Of a stretch of DNA of 64,000 nucleotides, positions 38,206-50,149 are shown piece by piece. Numbering within the stretch: the first letter of the stretch is position 1; every line of letters begins with the position of its first letter. The translations under genes and the position numbers were made by a program. The notes under the pieces were generated by a model. It did no database searches, had not been told where the DNA came from, and saw only the letters and a list, made by a program, of their open reading frames with translations. The stretch comes from Hemiscyllium ocellatum (Eukaryota): NCBI RefSeq assembly GCF_020745735.1, contig NC_083417.1:63426001-63490000 (forward strand). The letters run 5' to 3'.

Positions 38206-41200
38206 CGTCGCTGATCGTGTTTTCCGGGTCGTTAAGGGGGAGGGGGAGCAGCCCCAGATCGTGGTCCACGTTGGCACCAACGATATAGGTAGGAAGAAGG
38301 GTGAGGATGTCAGACAGGCTTTCAGGGAGCTAGGTTGGAAGCTCAGAGTTAGAACAAACAGAGTTGTAGTCTCTGGTTTGTTACCCGTGCCACGTGATAG
38401 AGAGTCGAGGAATAGGGAGAGAGAGCAGTTAAATGCGTGGCTACAGGGATGGTGCAGGAGGGAGAGATTCCGGTTTCTGGACAACTGGGGTCCTTTCTGG
38501 GGAAGGTGGGACCTCTATAAAAAGGATGGGCTACACCTGAACCTGAGGGGCACCAGTATCCTTGGGGGGAGGTTTGCTAGTGCTCTTTGGGAGGGTTTAA
38601 ACTAACTCCGCGGGGGCATGGGAACCAGGACTGTAGCTTTAGGGTACAGGACCTTGAGTGTAGGGAGGTTAGGAATAATGCAGCGATCTCTAAGGAGGGT
38701 GCCTGTAACCAGAAGGGTGGATTGAAGTGTGTATACTTCAATGCCAGAAGTATAAGGAATAAGGTAGGTGAACTTGCAGCGTGGGTTGGTACCTGGGACT
38801 TCGATGTTGTGGCCATTACAGAGACATGGGTAGAACAGGGACAAGAATGGCTGTTGCACGTTCCAGGGTTCAAATGTTTTAGTAGGATCAGACATGGGGG
38901 TAAAAAAGGGGGAGGCGTGGCATTACTTGTCAAAGATAGTATCACAGCAGTGGAATGGACGATGGAAGAGGACTTGCCATCTGAGGTAGTTTGGGCTGAG
39001 GTTAGAAATAGGAAAGGTGAGGTCACCCTGTTAGGTGTTTTCTACAGGCCTCCTAATAGTCCTAGAGAAGTAGAGGATAATATTGCGAGGATGATTCAGG
39101 AAAAGAGTGAAGGTAGCAGGGTGGTTGTTATGGGGGACTTTAACTTCCCAGATATTGACTGGGAGAGCTATAGCTCGAGTTCATTAGATGGGTCGGTGTT
39201 TGTACAATGTGTGCAGGAGGGTTTCCTGACACAATATGTCGACAGGCCAACAAGAGGGGAGGCTATATTGGATTTGGTTCTAGGTAATGAACCAGGCCAG
39301 GTGTTAGACTTGGAGGTAGGTGAGCACTTCGGGGACAGTGACCACAACTCGGTGATTTTTACTTTAGTGATGGAGAGGGATAATCGTGCACCGCAGGGCA
39401 AGAGCTATAGCTGGGGGCAGGGAAATTATGATGCAGTGAGGCATGACTTAGGATGTGTGGATTGGAAAAACAGGCTTCAAGAGAAGAACACTAATGAGAT
39501 GTGGGGATTGTTCAAGGAGCAGCTACTGCGTGTCCTCGATAGGTATGTACCAGTCAGGCATGGTGTAAAGGGCCTTGTGAGGCAGCCGTGGTTTAGTAAG
39601 GAATTGGAGTCCCTTGTGAAAGGGAAGAAGGCGGCATATGTAAAGATGAGGCGTGAAGGTTCAGTAGGGGCGATTGAGAGTTATAAGGTAGCCAGGAAGG
39701 AGCTAAAGAGGGAGCTAAGAGAAGCGAGAAGGGGACATGAAAAGTCTTTAGCTGGTAGGATTAGGGAAAACCCAAAGGCTTTCTATAGGTATGTCAAGAA
39801 TAAAAGGATGACTAGGGTAGGTATCGGTCCAGTCAAGGATAGTAGTGGGAAGTTGTGTGTGGAGGTGGAGGAGATTGGAGAGACATTAAATCAATACTTT
39901 TCATCAGTATTCACTCAGGAACAGGACACTGTTGCTGATGTGAATATGGAATCACAAATAATTAGAATGGATGCCCTGGACATATGCAGGGAAGAGGTTT
40001 TGGGAATATTGGAAAGGATGAATATAGATAAGTCTCCTGGGCCTGATGGCATTTACCCCAGGATCCTATGGGAAGCTAGGGAGGAGATAGCAGAGCCATT
40101 GGCCTGGATTTTTATGTCGTCATTGTCAACGGGAATAGTACCAGAGGACTGGAGGATAGCGAATGTGGTCCCATTGTTCAAGAAAGGGAGTAGGGATAGC
40201 CCTAGTAACTATAGGCCAGTGAGTCTGACTTCAGTGGTGGGCAAAGTCTTAGAGAGAATGGTAAGGGATAAGATTTATGAACATCTGGGTAGGAATAACA
40301 TGATCAGGGATAGCCAGCATGGTTTTGTGAAGGGCAGGTCGTGCCTCACAAACCTTATTGAGTTCTTTGAGAAGGTGACTAAGGAAGTGGACGAGGGTAA
40401 AGCAGTAGATGTTGTGTATATGGATTTTAGTAAGGCGTTCGATAAGGTTCCCCATGGTAGGCTAATGCTAAAACTTCGGAGGTATGGCATTGAGGATACA
40501 TTAGAGGTTTGGATTAGGAATTGGCTGGCTGGAAGGAGACAGAGGGTAGTAGTTGATGGATTATGTTCATCTTGGAGCGCAGTTACTAGCGGTGTACCAC
40601 AAGGATCTGTTTTGGGACCATTGCTTTTTGTTATCTTTATAAATGATCTAGAGGAAGGACTTGAAAGCTGGGTAAGCAAGTTTGCGGATGACACAAAAGT
40701 CGGTGGAGTTGTGGATAGTGAGGAAGGAAGTGGTAGGTTACAGCGGGATATAGATAAGTTGCAGAGCTAGGCGGAAATGTGGCAAATGGAATTCAATGTA
40801 GCTAAGTGCGAAGTCGTTCACTTTGGTAGGAATAACAAGATGATGGATTACTGGGCTAATGGTAGGCTACTTGGTAGTGTGGATGAGCAGAGGGATCTTG
40901 GTGTCCATGTACACAGATCTCTGAAAGCTGCCACCCAGGTAAATAGTGCTGTGAGGAAGGCATATGGTGTACTGGGCTTTATTGGCAGAGGAATTGAGTT
41001 CCGGAGTCCTGAGGTCATGTTGCAGTTGTATACGACTCTGGTGAGGCCTCATCTGGAGTATTGTGTGCAGTTTTGGTCGCCATACTATAGGAAGGATGTG
41101 GAAGCTTTAGAACGAGTGCAGAGGAGGTTTACCAGGATGTTGCCTGGAATGGTAGGAAAATCTTATGAGGAAAGGCTGAGGCACTTGGGGCTGTTCTCAT

Positions 41201-41577
41201 TGGAGAAGAGAAGGTTTAGGGGAGATCTGATAGAAGTGTATAAGATGATTAGGGGTTTAGATAGGGTAGATACTAAGAACCTTTTACCGCTAATGGAGTC
41301 AGGTGTTACTAGGGGACATAGCTTTAAATTAAGGGGTGGTAGGTATAGGACAGATGTTAGGGGTAGATTCTTCACACAGCGGGTTGTGAGTTCATGGAAT
41401 GCCCTGCCCGTATCAGTGGTGAACTCTCCTTCTTTATGGTCATTTAAGCGGGCATTGGATAGGCATTTGGAAGTTATTGGGCTAGTATAGGTTAGGTAGG
41501 ATTCGGTCGGCGCAACATCGAGGGCCGAAGGGCCTGTACTGCGCTGTATCCTTCTATGTTCTATGTTCTATGTTCTA
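38206..41577 (+). mobile_element. Young 5'-truncated CR1 (HER1-type) LINE
   Basis: End of ORF1 SGNH esterase (HVGTND, GLHLN), complete ORF2, and 3' UTR ending in (TTCTATG)3TTCTA at 41552-41577. Confidence 0.97.
38587..41490 (+). pseudogene. CR1 ORF2 (AP endonuclease plus reverse transcriptase) with one premature stop
   Basis: ORFs 38587-40770 and 40777-41490 are in the same frame, separated only by TAG at 40768-40770 where Trp (TGG) is expected. NARS, ITETW, GDFN, SDH, QHGF, PQGS and FADD are all intact. Confidence 0.95.
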
Positions 41578-42673
41578 ATGATAAAGACGGGGATGGCTTG
41601 GAAAAAAGTCTTTGTCACATCAAGTGTATCAGAGGACTGGAGGATGGTTTTATTCAAGAAGGGCAATGGGATAAACCAGGAAATTTCAGGTCAGGCTAAC
41701 GTGTGTTCAGGAAAGTGTTGGGAAAAATGCTGAATGACAAAATTAAACTCCACTTGTGGAGGCAAGGAACAAATAAGGATAGCTAGCGTGGCTTTGTTTG
41801 GAGGAGACTAATTCTGGCAAATTTGAATCAGATTTTCGAGGATGTGAACAGGTGTGAAAATGGGGACAGTGCAGGTCCGTGGTCTACTTGCAATTCAGCA
41901 AGGTGTTTGACAAGATCTTGTATGGAAGACTGGTTGAAAAGCTAAGAGTCCTTGGTTTTACAGGGCAGTTAACATGTGATAAGGGCAATTACATAAGATA
42001 GGAATGATAATTAGAACAGACGTCCATTGAGTGTGATAAAAGAAATAGGTAGAAAAATATCAGAATGATTGGAAAATGAATCAATGGATTTTTTGAGGGG
42101 AAATCTTCTGAATTTAAAGACTTACTGGCTACTTCGACCATCTTTTGGAGGAAAAGAAATAACCTTACGTGCACAACAATGTCTGAGTACATTTGATAAC
42201 GTAATACCTGTATTGATAACAGTACGAGTTGTAGTTGCTCCTAGTTATGTTAAGACAATCAAGCTGGTTGTTCATGCCAGTGAAATCACTTTGGATTCCA
42301 CTTTATTTTCCACTTATTACAAGTACGTGGCAATTGAAATGCTGGATGGTGGGAAATAGACTGGACCTAGTTTTTGCTCGAAAAGATTTGGAAATCTATA
42401 TATCCAACTACAATGATAATTGTTGGCATGAATCATAAATATTTGGCTTTTTATAGTTGAATTTTATAATACAGAAACCAATGGTCCATTAGCACTTTGA
42501 GTATTTCTCCGAACAGAGAAGCAGTAATTTGGTTTAGTTTTTGTCAGTACAAGCTGTCAGACCTGCCAATAGTCAATAAATGTTTTGGATTTTAAGTGAA
42601 CAGGCACGACTCTGGAAGAACACAGCAAACCCAGCAACATCAGGAGGTGCAGAAGTTGACGTTTCGGATGTAA

Positions 42674-42867
42674 GCTTAAAAATGTGTTGCTGGAAAAGTG
42701 CAGCAGGTCAGGCAGCATCAAAGGAACAGGAGAATCTTCAGGAAGAAGGCGTTATGCCCGAAACGTCGATTCTCCTGTTCCTTTGATGCTGCCTGACCTG
42801 CTGCGCTTGTCTAGCAACACATTTTTAAGCTCTGATCTCCAGCATCTGCAGTACTAACTTTCTCCTA
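42674..42867. repeat. Family 1 palindromic element nested in another Penelope-type terminus
   Basis: Inverted arms; gtttcgg(a/g)tgtaa duplicated at 42661-42673 and 42868-42880. Confidence 0.8.
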
Positions 42868-43467
42868 GTTTCGGGTGTAACCCATCTTTGGGACTGGGGG
42901 TGGGTTTGGGGGAAGCTGCAGACAAAGGCAGAGGGGGGGGGGGGTCAGGTGGTGAAATGGAGATAGGTGGAGACAGGTAGAGAGTACGACCTAGTTGGTC
43001 AATGGAAGGAATGCATCCCTACGACTTGATTGGTCAATGGATTTTTCTTAAATTTCAGTCAGAAAACATCAATGAAGCTTCCAGCGTCTGTACATCTCAT
43101 GAAGTGATTAATGAGAAGAATGACACCTGGTGAACGTTATGAAGAAGATATGCATTGGATTTAATCAGTTAAGTAAGAAATTGAGATATTAAGATTAGAG
43201 TGTAGTTTGCTGGCATTGAGTATCTGTAAAGGATGTTGCTGGGAAAAGGGTTGTAACTTTATTTTTGCTATTTCTGTGAAGATCATTCTAAGTGGCTACA
43301 TATATACTTTTGCTTTTCTTTCTTTATTATGTGTTTTTTTGTTAAAATGTTCATTAGACATCTCATATGTTTAGTGACAAATATGAATATGAAACTTGAA
43401 ATATAAAACTGAGGATCTTTCAAGCCAGGTTTTACTCTGAGATACGAATTATGCAGTCTTACGTGGA

Positions 43468-44800
43468 GAAAGTTAGGACTGCAGGTGCTGGAGATCAGAG
43501 TCGAGAGTGTGGTGCTGGAAAAGCCAGCTGGTCAAGCAGCATCCGAGGAGCAGTAGAATTGATGCTTTGAGTATAGGTTCTACATCGTAATGAGGTTTGT
43601 CAGCCAAAGAGGCTGAGAGATGAATGGGAAGGTGTGGGCTGAGGGAAAAGCAGCTGAGAAAGCCTTAGGTAGATGGATGTGGGGGTGAAAGTGGTATTTT
43701 GTAGAGGAGGGCGGACTGGATTAGTGGGAAGGAAGATGGACAGGTAGGACAGGTCAAGAGGGCAGTGCCAAGTTGGAAAGTTGGATCTAGGATTGGATGT
43801 GCGGAGAGTAAATGAGAAACTGGTGAAATCCACATTGATCTCATGTGGTTGGAAGGTCACAAGGCGGAAGATGAGGCATTCTTCCTCCAGGAATCAGGTG
43901 GCAAGGGTTTGGTGATGGAGGAGGTCCAGGACATGCATGTCCTTAGGCGTGTGGGTGGAGGTGTCAATGTATTTGGTGGCGGTGGAGTTTTTTCATGCGG
44001 GTGTCCCAGAGATGTCCTCTGAAGCATTCTGATAATAGACATCCTGTCTCCCCAATGATTAGGAAACAACATTGGGAGCAACGGATACAATTGATGACTT
44101 GTGTGGAATTACAGGTAAAGCTCGATCGTGTGGAACGGCCCTCTGGGACCTTGGACAGAAGTAAGAGGGGGGCAAGTGTGGGCGCAGGTTTTGCAATTAT
44201 TGCAGTGACAGAGGAAGGTACTGGAATGCGAGGGTGGATTGGTTGGGGAGGCGTGAAACTCTCAAGAGAGTCACTGAGGAAATGATGTCTTCGCAATGCA
44301 GATGGGGCTGGGGAAAGAAATATGTCCTTGGTGGTGGGGTCTGGTTGTATCTGGCGGAAATATTGGAGGATGGTATGATGTATCTGGAGGTTGGTGGTGT
44401 GGAAGGTAGTGAGTGGACGGCTGTGCATTGCGAGGGTGAGAGGTTGGAGTGAGTGAGGGGGTGAACAAGTTGAAGTGGTCAATGTTCTGCCGGCATTGGA
44501 AATAAAGAGATCAAAGGCGGATAACAGGCCAGCACGGGGTGTCCAGGTGGATGAGATGTGTTGGAGGTAGAAGAAGGGGTCTCTGCTGGTTAGCTCTGTT
44601 GTTCCTTCCCACCCGTCCACTCCACCCTCTTCTCCAACGTATCACCTTCACCCCCACCTACATCCAATTATTGCACTCACAGCTGTCTTCCCACCAGTTT
44701 CACTCTCCTCCCATTTATTTCTTAGCCCCCTTACCCCACCAGCCTCATTCCTGATGAATAGCTAATGTTCGAAACAACAATTCTTCTTCTCGTCAGATGC
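43468..44800 (-). mobile_element. Penelope-like element (GIY-YIG) with an inverted pLTR fragment
   Basis: FTCNSTQVINCIRCSQC...IGETG.LLSECFR.HL motif. About 43590-43760 is repeated inverted at about 44595-44780. The terminus ggagaaagttaggactgcagg matches family 1 elements. Confidence 0.85.
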
Positions 44801-45283
44801 TGTCTGTACTGTCTTACTGTCAGTAATTATCATAACAATAGCCCATCCAAACCCCAAAGCTAATACTAGGTATGAACCTTAACGTGCTGGTATTAATTCT
44901 ATTAATTTAATCCTTATTCCTAAAACATCGTGTTAACCCTACCCTTAAAACTAAGGTGTCATTGATAGCATACATAACAGGGTAAGTGTCCAGGGTCTTG
45001 ATGTCCTCATTGCATAAGTTGGCCGGGGTCAATATTCATTCACAGAAGGTCAACTTCCTCTTGGCAACTATTTTTCACTATGATATCGATAAATGTTTGT
45101 GCAACCATAGCATTATAGGATGTGGCATATGATTACTTTTAGACATACCATTTGGCAAATGTATTGTCACTGAAAGAAATAGATGATCATACATTTGTAC
45201 TTATTAAAGCTTCCTACCATTATGATCTCTCCCCTGCCACGTGTGAGTCTGTTGTAGACTAATTACTTGAGATTAACTTTCAT

Positions 45284-45516
45284 TTTGGAGAAAGTGAGGA
45301 CTGCAGATGCTGGAGATCAGAGCTTAAAAATGTGTTGCTGGAAAAGCGCAGCAGGTCGGGCAGCATCAAAGCAACAGGAGAATCGATGATTCGGGCATAA
45401 ACCCTTCTTTAGGAAAGCCCTTTGAATTTGAAATTTCATTCCTGAAGAAGGGCTTATGCCCAAAACATCGATTCTCCTGTTCCTCTGATGCTGCCTGACC
45501 TGCTGCACTTTTTAAA
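45284..45516. repeat. Family 1 palindromic element with 12-bp TSD
   Basis: attaactttcat at 45272-45283 and 45517-45528. Confidence 0.85.
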
Positions 45517-46049
45517 ATTAACTTTCATGTTGACTCAATAACCCCATTGCAATGCAACGATAAGGGCTTTGCAAGGGAGATGAGATGGACTTTAATCTTT
45601 TTGCCGAGAAACCACCCAAACTGCAAACAGAGGAGAGGAATGCCACATAGTAGTCAAACAGTCTATGATTGGTTTCCCCAAATGTAGAAAAGGCCCCATT
45701 ATGTGCAGTAATTCAGAATACCAATTGATAGAAATACAGGTAAGTGGTTATTTGACTAGCAGTCAGTCATAAGTTTGCTTCTTATATTAATTAAAGAACA
45801 CTAAAATGTCTTTTGAATGATTACAGATAGAAATAAAATAGAAACACACAATTTGATATGGACTTGCGCAATTGAATTGAACTGACTTATGAAAATCATG
45901 GGTCCCCAAAGGTTAAAATCACAAAAACATTTTGTTTTTTATTTGGCTTGTCCCATCTGTTGGTGATGGACAATATTCACTAGATTTTGCAGAATGCCAG
46001 AAATGAGTTGAAGTCTTTCTTAACAAGAAATGTTAGAGTTGGTTATTTT

Positions 46050-47950
46050 TGCTTTATTCATTGGGTATGGGCATCACTGACTAAGTTTGTATTTGCTATC
46101 CATCACAAATCACTGTTGTGGTTTGTAGTGGGCTGACTCTTGATTGCTTCAGTACTCCCCTGCTATTGTTCAGAGGCAGTTCAAGGATTTTGATCCAGGA
46201 AGAAGTGAGAGATCTGTAATGCAGCATAGTGTGCATCTTGGAGAGAGCGTGAAGATGGTCTGAGCATCTGCTGTCCTTGTTCTAAAAGATGGTAGGGGTC
46301 ATGGGATTGGAAGGTGCTGTTGGAGGTACAACTTTCAGATAATACGCATTGTTGCCCTTGTATGTCGAGTGTGGAGGAATTGGTGGTGGAAGGTGATGGA
46401 TTGGATGCCAGTCACGTCGTGTGCTTTACCTTGAACGGTGTTGAGCTTCTTAGTTGCGTTCAGAAACATAGTAAATTAGAAATTAGGTGCAGGAGTACGT
46501 CATTTGGCTCTTCGAGCTTGCACCATCTTTCAATATGATCATATCTGACTGTGCAATTTCAGTATCCCATTCCAACCTTTTTCGATACCCCTTGGTCCAT
46601 TTAGCTGAAAGGGCCATTTCCTTCTTCAATACATCAAATGAAGTGGCCTCAACAACTTTGTACTGTAAAAATTTGCACAGGTTGACAACTATGAGTCAAG
46701 AAATTCTTCCTTATTTCAGTCCTGAATTGCTTACCGCTTATTTTCAGAATTTGATCTCCTAGTTCTGGACTTGGCCACCATGAGGAACATTCTTCCTGTT
46801 TGTAACCTGTCCAGTCCCATCAGGATGCGCACATAATGAAGGAAATGGAGTATGTTCCATGACTGTCCTGTCTTATGCCTTGTAGATGGCGGAAAGGCAT
46901 TGGTATGCCAGGTATGTTATTCACTGAAAAAACCCTTGCCTTTGAAATTTTCAAGCAATGCCAACATTTATTTAATATGCCCAATTCAGTTTCAGGTCAA
47001 CGGCAAACCCTAAATGTTGACATTGGGGCTTTCAATGATGGCAATAGCAATGAATGTTGAGGGATAATGATTCATTCTCTAATGTTTGAGATAGCCACTC
47101 AGTGGCACTTTTGTGGCACGAATGTCATATGTCAAACATCAGTCCAAGCTTAATACCATCCAGGTATTTTAAGAAAAGTAGAAATTATTGGCAAAGCTCA
47201 ACAGGTTCCTCAGCATCTGTGAAGAGAAATCAGATTAGGATATGGTTATCCATTGTCAGAACTTGTTCTTTTGCTTTGCTTTACCATGCAGATCTCGCTG
47301 CATATGGACATGTGCCATATAATTTTGGAATTCTGTTGACCATTGCGCAATCACCAGCAAACATGCTAATTTACGACTATTGATGGGAAAGTAATTGAAG
47401 CAATTGATGGTGGCTGATTAAGACATTGCAACACTGATTGACTTTCCTGCTGGTTATTACTCGAATTCCTGGTGTCTTTCCCCTCTGAATACGATTGATT
47501 CTAATTTTGCAAGTGCTCCATCAAGCCAAATTTAGTCAAAAGTTAACTTGGTGTAAAAGGCAGTCACTCCCACCTCATCTTTGAAGTTTATGTCTTTTTT
47601 TTTCATGTTTGAAACCAAATCTCAAATCAGATTAGAACTTGAACCTCCTTGGTAGAACCCAAACTAAGCCCCAGCGAGCAGCGTAATTTTAAGCAAGTTT
47701 CTTCCTAAAACGCTACCCCCATCCATAACTTTTCCAATGGCGCAGAGTAGATTGATATGATGACAAAGGGTGTCTTCGATATGTTTTGCTTTTTGAGGAC
47801 ATGATGCATGTTGGCAAATTGACACATTTCAGGCCTTATGCCAATGATGTAGCTGCACTGGAACAGATTGGCTGGGACAAATCTAGTCTGGTCAAAAGTC
47901 TTCATTTTACTCATGGTTATCAGGGCAAACAACCTGTGCTGTATCAAGTG
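46050..47950 (-). mobile_element. Decayed Crack/L2-group LINE with an embedded CR1 3' fragment (about 46470-46830)
   Basis: Antisense of the same family as 6630-7860. Confidence 0.6.
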
Positions 47951-48250
47951 CCTTCATTTGTTTGTTGATGCTACATGAATGGAATAATATTCGTTGAAGA
48001 TTGGAATCTGTGATTCCACAGATTTAAAAATGAGTTAGTGATGTACCTTGCCCTCTTTTGATTGAAAATGGATTCAGATACGTCAGCTTTATGTTAGATA
48101 CTAATGTTCTGAGTTACCCATTTGTTGATTATAGGGCTGGCATAACGTTTTCAATTTCCTCCTGAAAACCCATCCCTCACCCCCACGAAATTGCCAATAT
48201 TGGAATAGTTCTTCCATAAACAACGCAGAAAGAACCATGCTCTCTTGTAG

Positions 48251-48576
48251 TGGGAGTGACTCAGTGGATAGCACTGCTGCCTCATAGTACCAGGAGCCTT
48301 GGTTCAATTCCAGCCTCAGGCGACTGCTTGTGTGGAGTTTGCACATTTTCCCTGTGTCTGCATGGGTTTCCTCCTACTGTCCAAAGATGTGCGGATGAGG
48401 TGAATTATCCATGCTATATTGCCTATAGTGTTCATGGGTGTGTAGGTTATGTGCATTAGTCAGGGGTAAGTGAAGATTAAGAGGTGAGTGGAATGAGTCT
48501 GCGTGTGTAACGTTTCAGAGGGCAGTGTGGACTTTTTTGGGCTGAAGGACCTGTTTCCACATTGTAGAGATTCTAG
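48251..48576 (+). mobile_element. tRNA-derived V-SINE (HE1-like)
   Basis: gactcagtggatagcac A box, ggttcaattcc B box, V domain, CR1-type tail. Confidence 0.88.
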
Positions 48577-49104
48577 ACTGGTGACCAATGCGCTGTGTGA
48601 GACTCACGTAAGAGAAGAGACAAAAGTCTCGAATAAATATGTGAAGAGTGAGTCCTAAAGTGTAGGTTGGAGAGCTATATTTGAGAATCTCCTACATGCC
48701 CACAACACTGAAGGTGAATATTAGCATTTCATCTTCCCATGCCATCATGCATATGAGTTACTTGCAGTGTTCCAGATCAGCGGTACACAGTTAGCTACAA
48801 CAAATGAAACAGTGATAAATATGAATTCTATATGTGATTGGATATCCTCGACTTCTATCCAAAAATAATTCATAACTTCAGACTGATTTTCTGGAATTTG
48901 AGGTTTTCTCGTTCTTTATCAGCTTTACATTTGTACATATCGTGTATTTTTCTTGCTATATAAGGTGTGATTTTTTTTTGGAATTCATTAACTTCAAGTT
49001 GCCAAACCAGCTTGTCACCTCTACCGCTTTGATCAGTCTATGGACGTAATGTTTAATATCACCTGTTAGTCTATTGTCACCCCCTGCTTGAGGTAATCTA
49101 GATT

Positions 49105-49320
49105 TTGAGATGCCGGTATTGGACTGGGGTGTACAAAGTTAAAAAGCACACAACATCAGGTTATAGTCCAACAGGTTTAAGTGGAAGCACACTAGCTTTC
49201 GAAGGGGCGCTCCTTCATCAGGTGATAGTCTATCACCTGACGAAGGAGCGTCGATTCGAAAGCTCGTGTGCTTCCAATTAAATCTGTTGGGCGATAACCT
49301 GGTGTTGTGTGATTTTTAAT
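49105..49320. repeat. Family 2 palindromic element with about 16-bp TSD
   Basis: About 90-bp arms centred on gatag-t-ctatc (49229). tgag(g/a)taatctag(a/g)tt at 49089-49104 and 49321-49336. Confidence 0.88.
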
Positions 49321-49539
49321 TGAGATAATCTAGGTTGTAAGTAGAGGCTGTTATGAAATTTCTTCTTATTAGTTCCTAAGTTGGCAATGTTTTCTAAAGT
49401 AGTGATCTCTCCTACCCAGAAGGATAAGAGCAGCGAATGCCTTGTGATTTCACCATATCTATACTGACTTGAAATTATATTAAAGTGTCTTCACTGTTGT
49501 TATCAACATAATCAAACCACTTTCCTAATAGCATTATCT

Positions 49540-49850
49540 TAGAATCATAGAATCCCTACTGTGTGGAAACAGGCCATTCAGTCCAACAAGCCCACATCAG
49601 TTCTCTGAAGGGTATCCCACCCAGAGTCACATCCTTACCCAATCCCCATAAGTCTGCAATGCCCGTGGCTAATCCACCTAACTGGCACATCCCTGGACAC
49701 CATGGTCAATTTAGAATGGCCAATCCACTAACCTTCATATCTTTGGACTTTTGAAGGAAACCGGAGCAAATCCAGACACCACACTCTCAGTTGCCCAGGG
49801 TTGGAATCAAAACCTGGCACTGTGCGGGAGTAGAATTAACCCATGAGCCA
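49540..49850 (-). mobile_element. V-SINE, minus strand
   Basis: tagaatcatagaatccct...gtggaaacaggcc tail and internal domain in reverse. Confidence 0.75.
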
Positions 49851-50149
49851 ACATGCCGCCCAACATGCACCAACACCACATGGACTACAGATGTTCAAGA
49901 AGGCAATTCAACATCACCATCACCATCTGAAGACCAGTTAGGATTAGCAAGAAGTGTTGGCCTAGTCAGTGATACTCACATGCCGTGTGACTATATGGAA
50001 AAAAAACCTTTAACTTATCGCAATTTACTTTTACTAACTGCAACATGCATTCCATCGAGTCTAAAGGCTTTTCTTGGGGCAATTTTGTCAGTTCAGTCCC
50101 ACTTCCTAATTTGAACAATGTAATCTTGTAGTTTTATTTTCAAGCGTCC

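Noticed and set aside
38577-41375. Minus-strand ORFs opposite the young CR1 (e.g. 38577-39026, 40275-40694)
   Set aside because: Antisense shadows of LINE ORF2.
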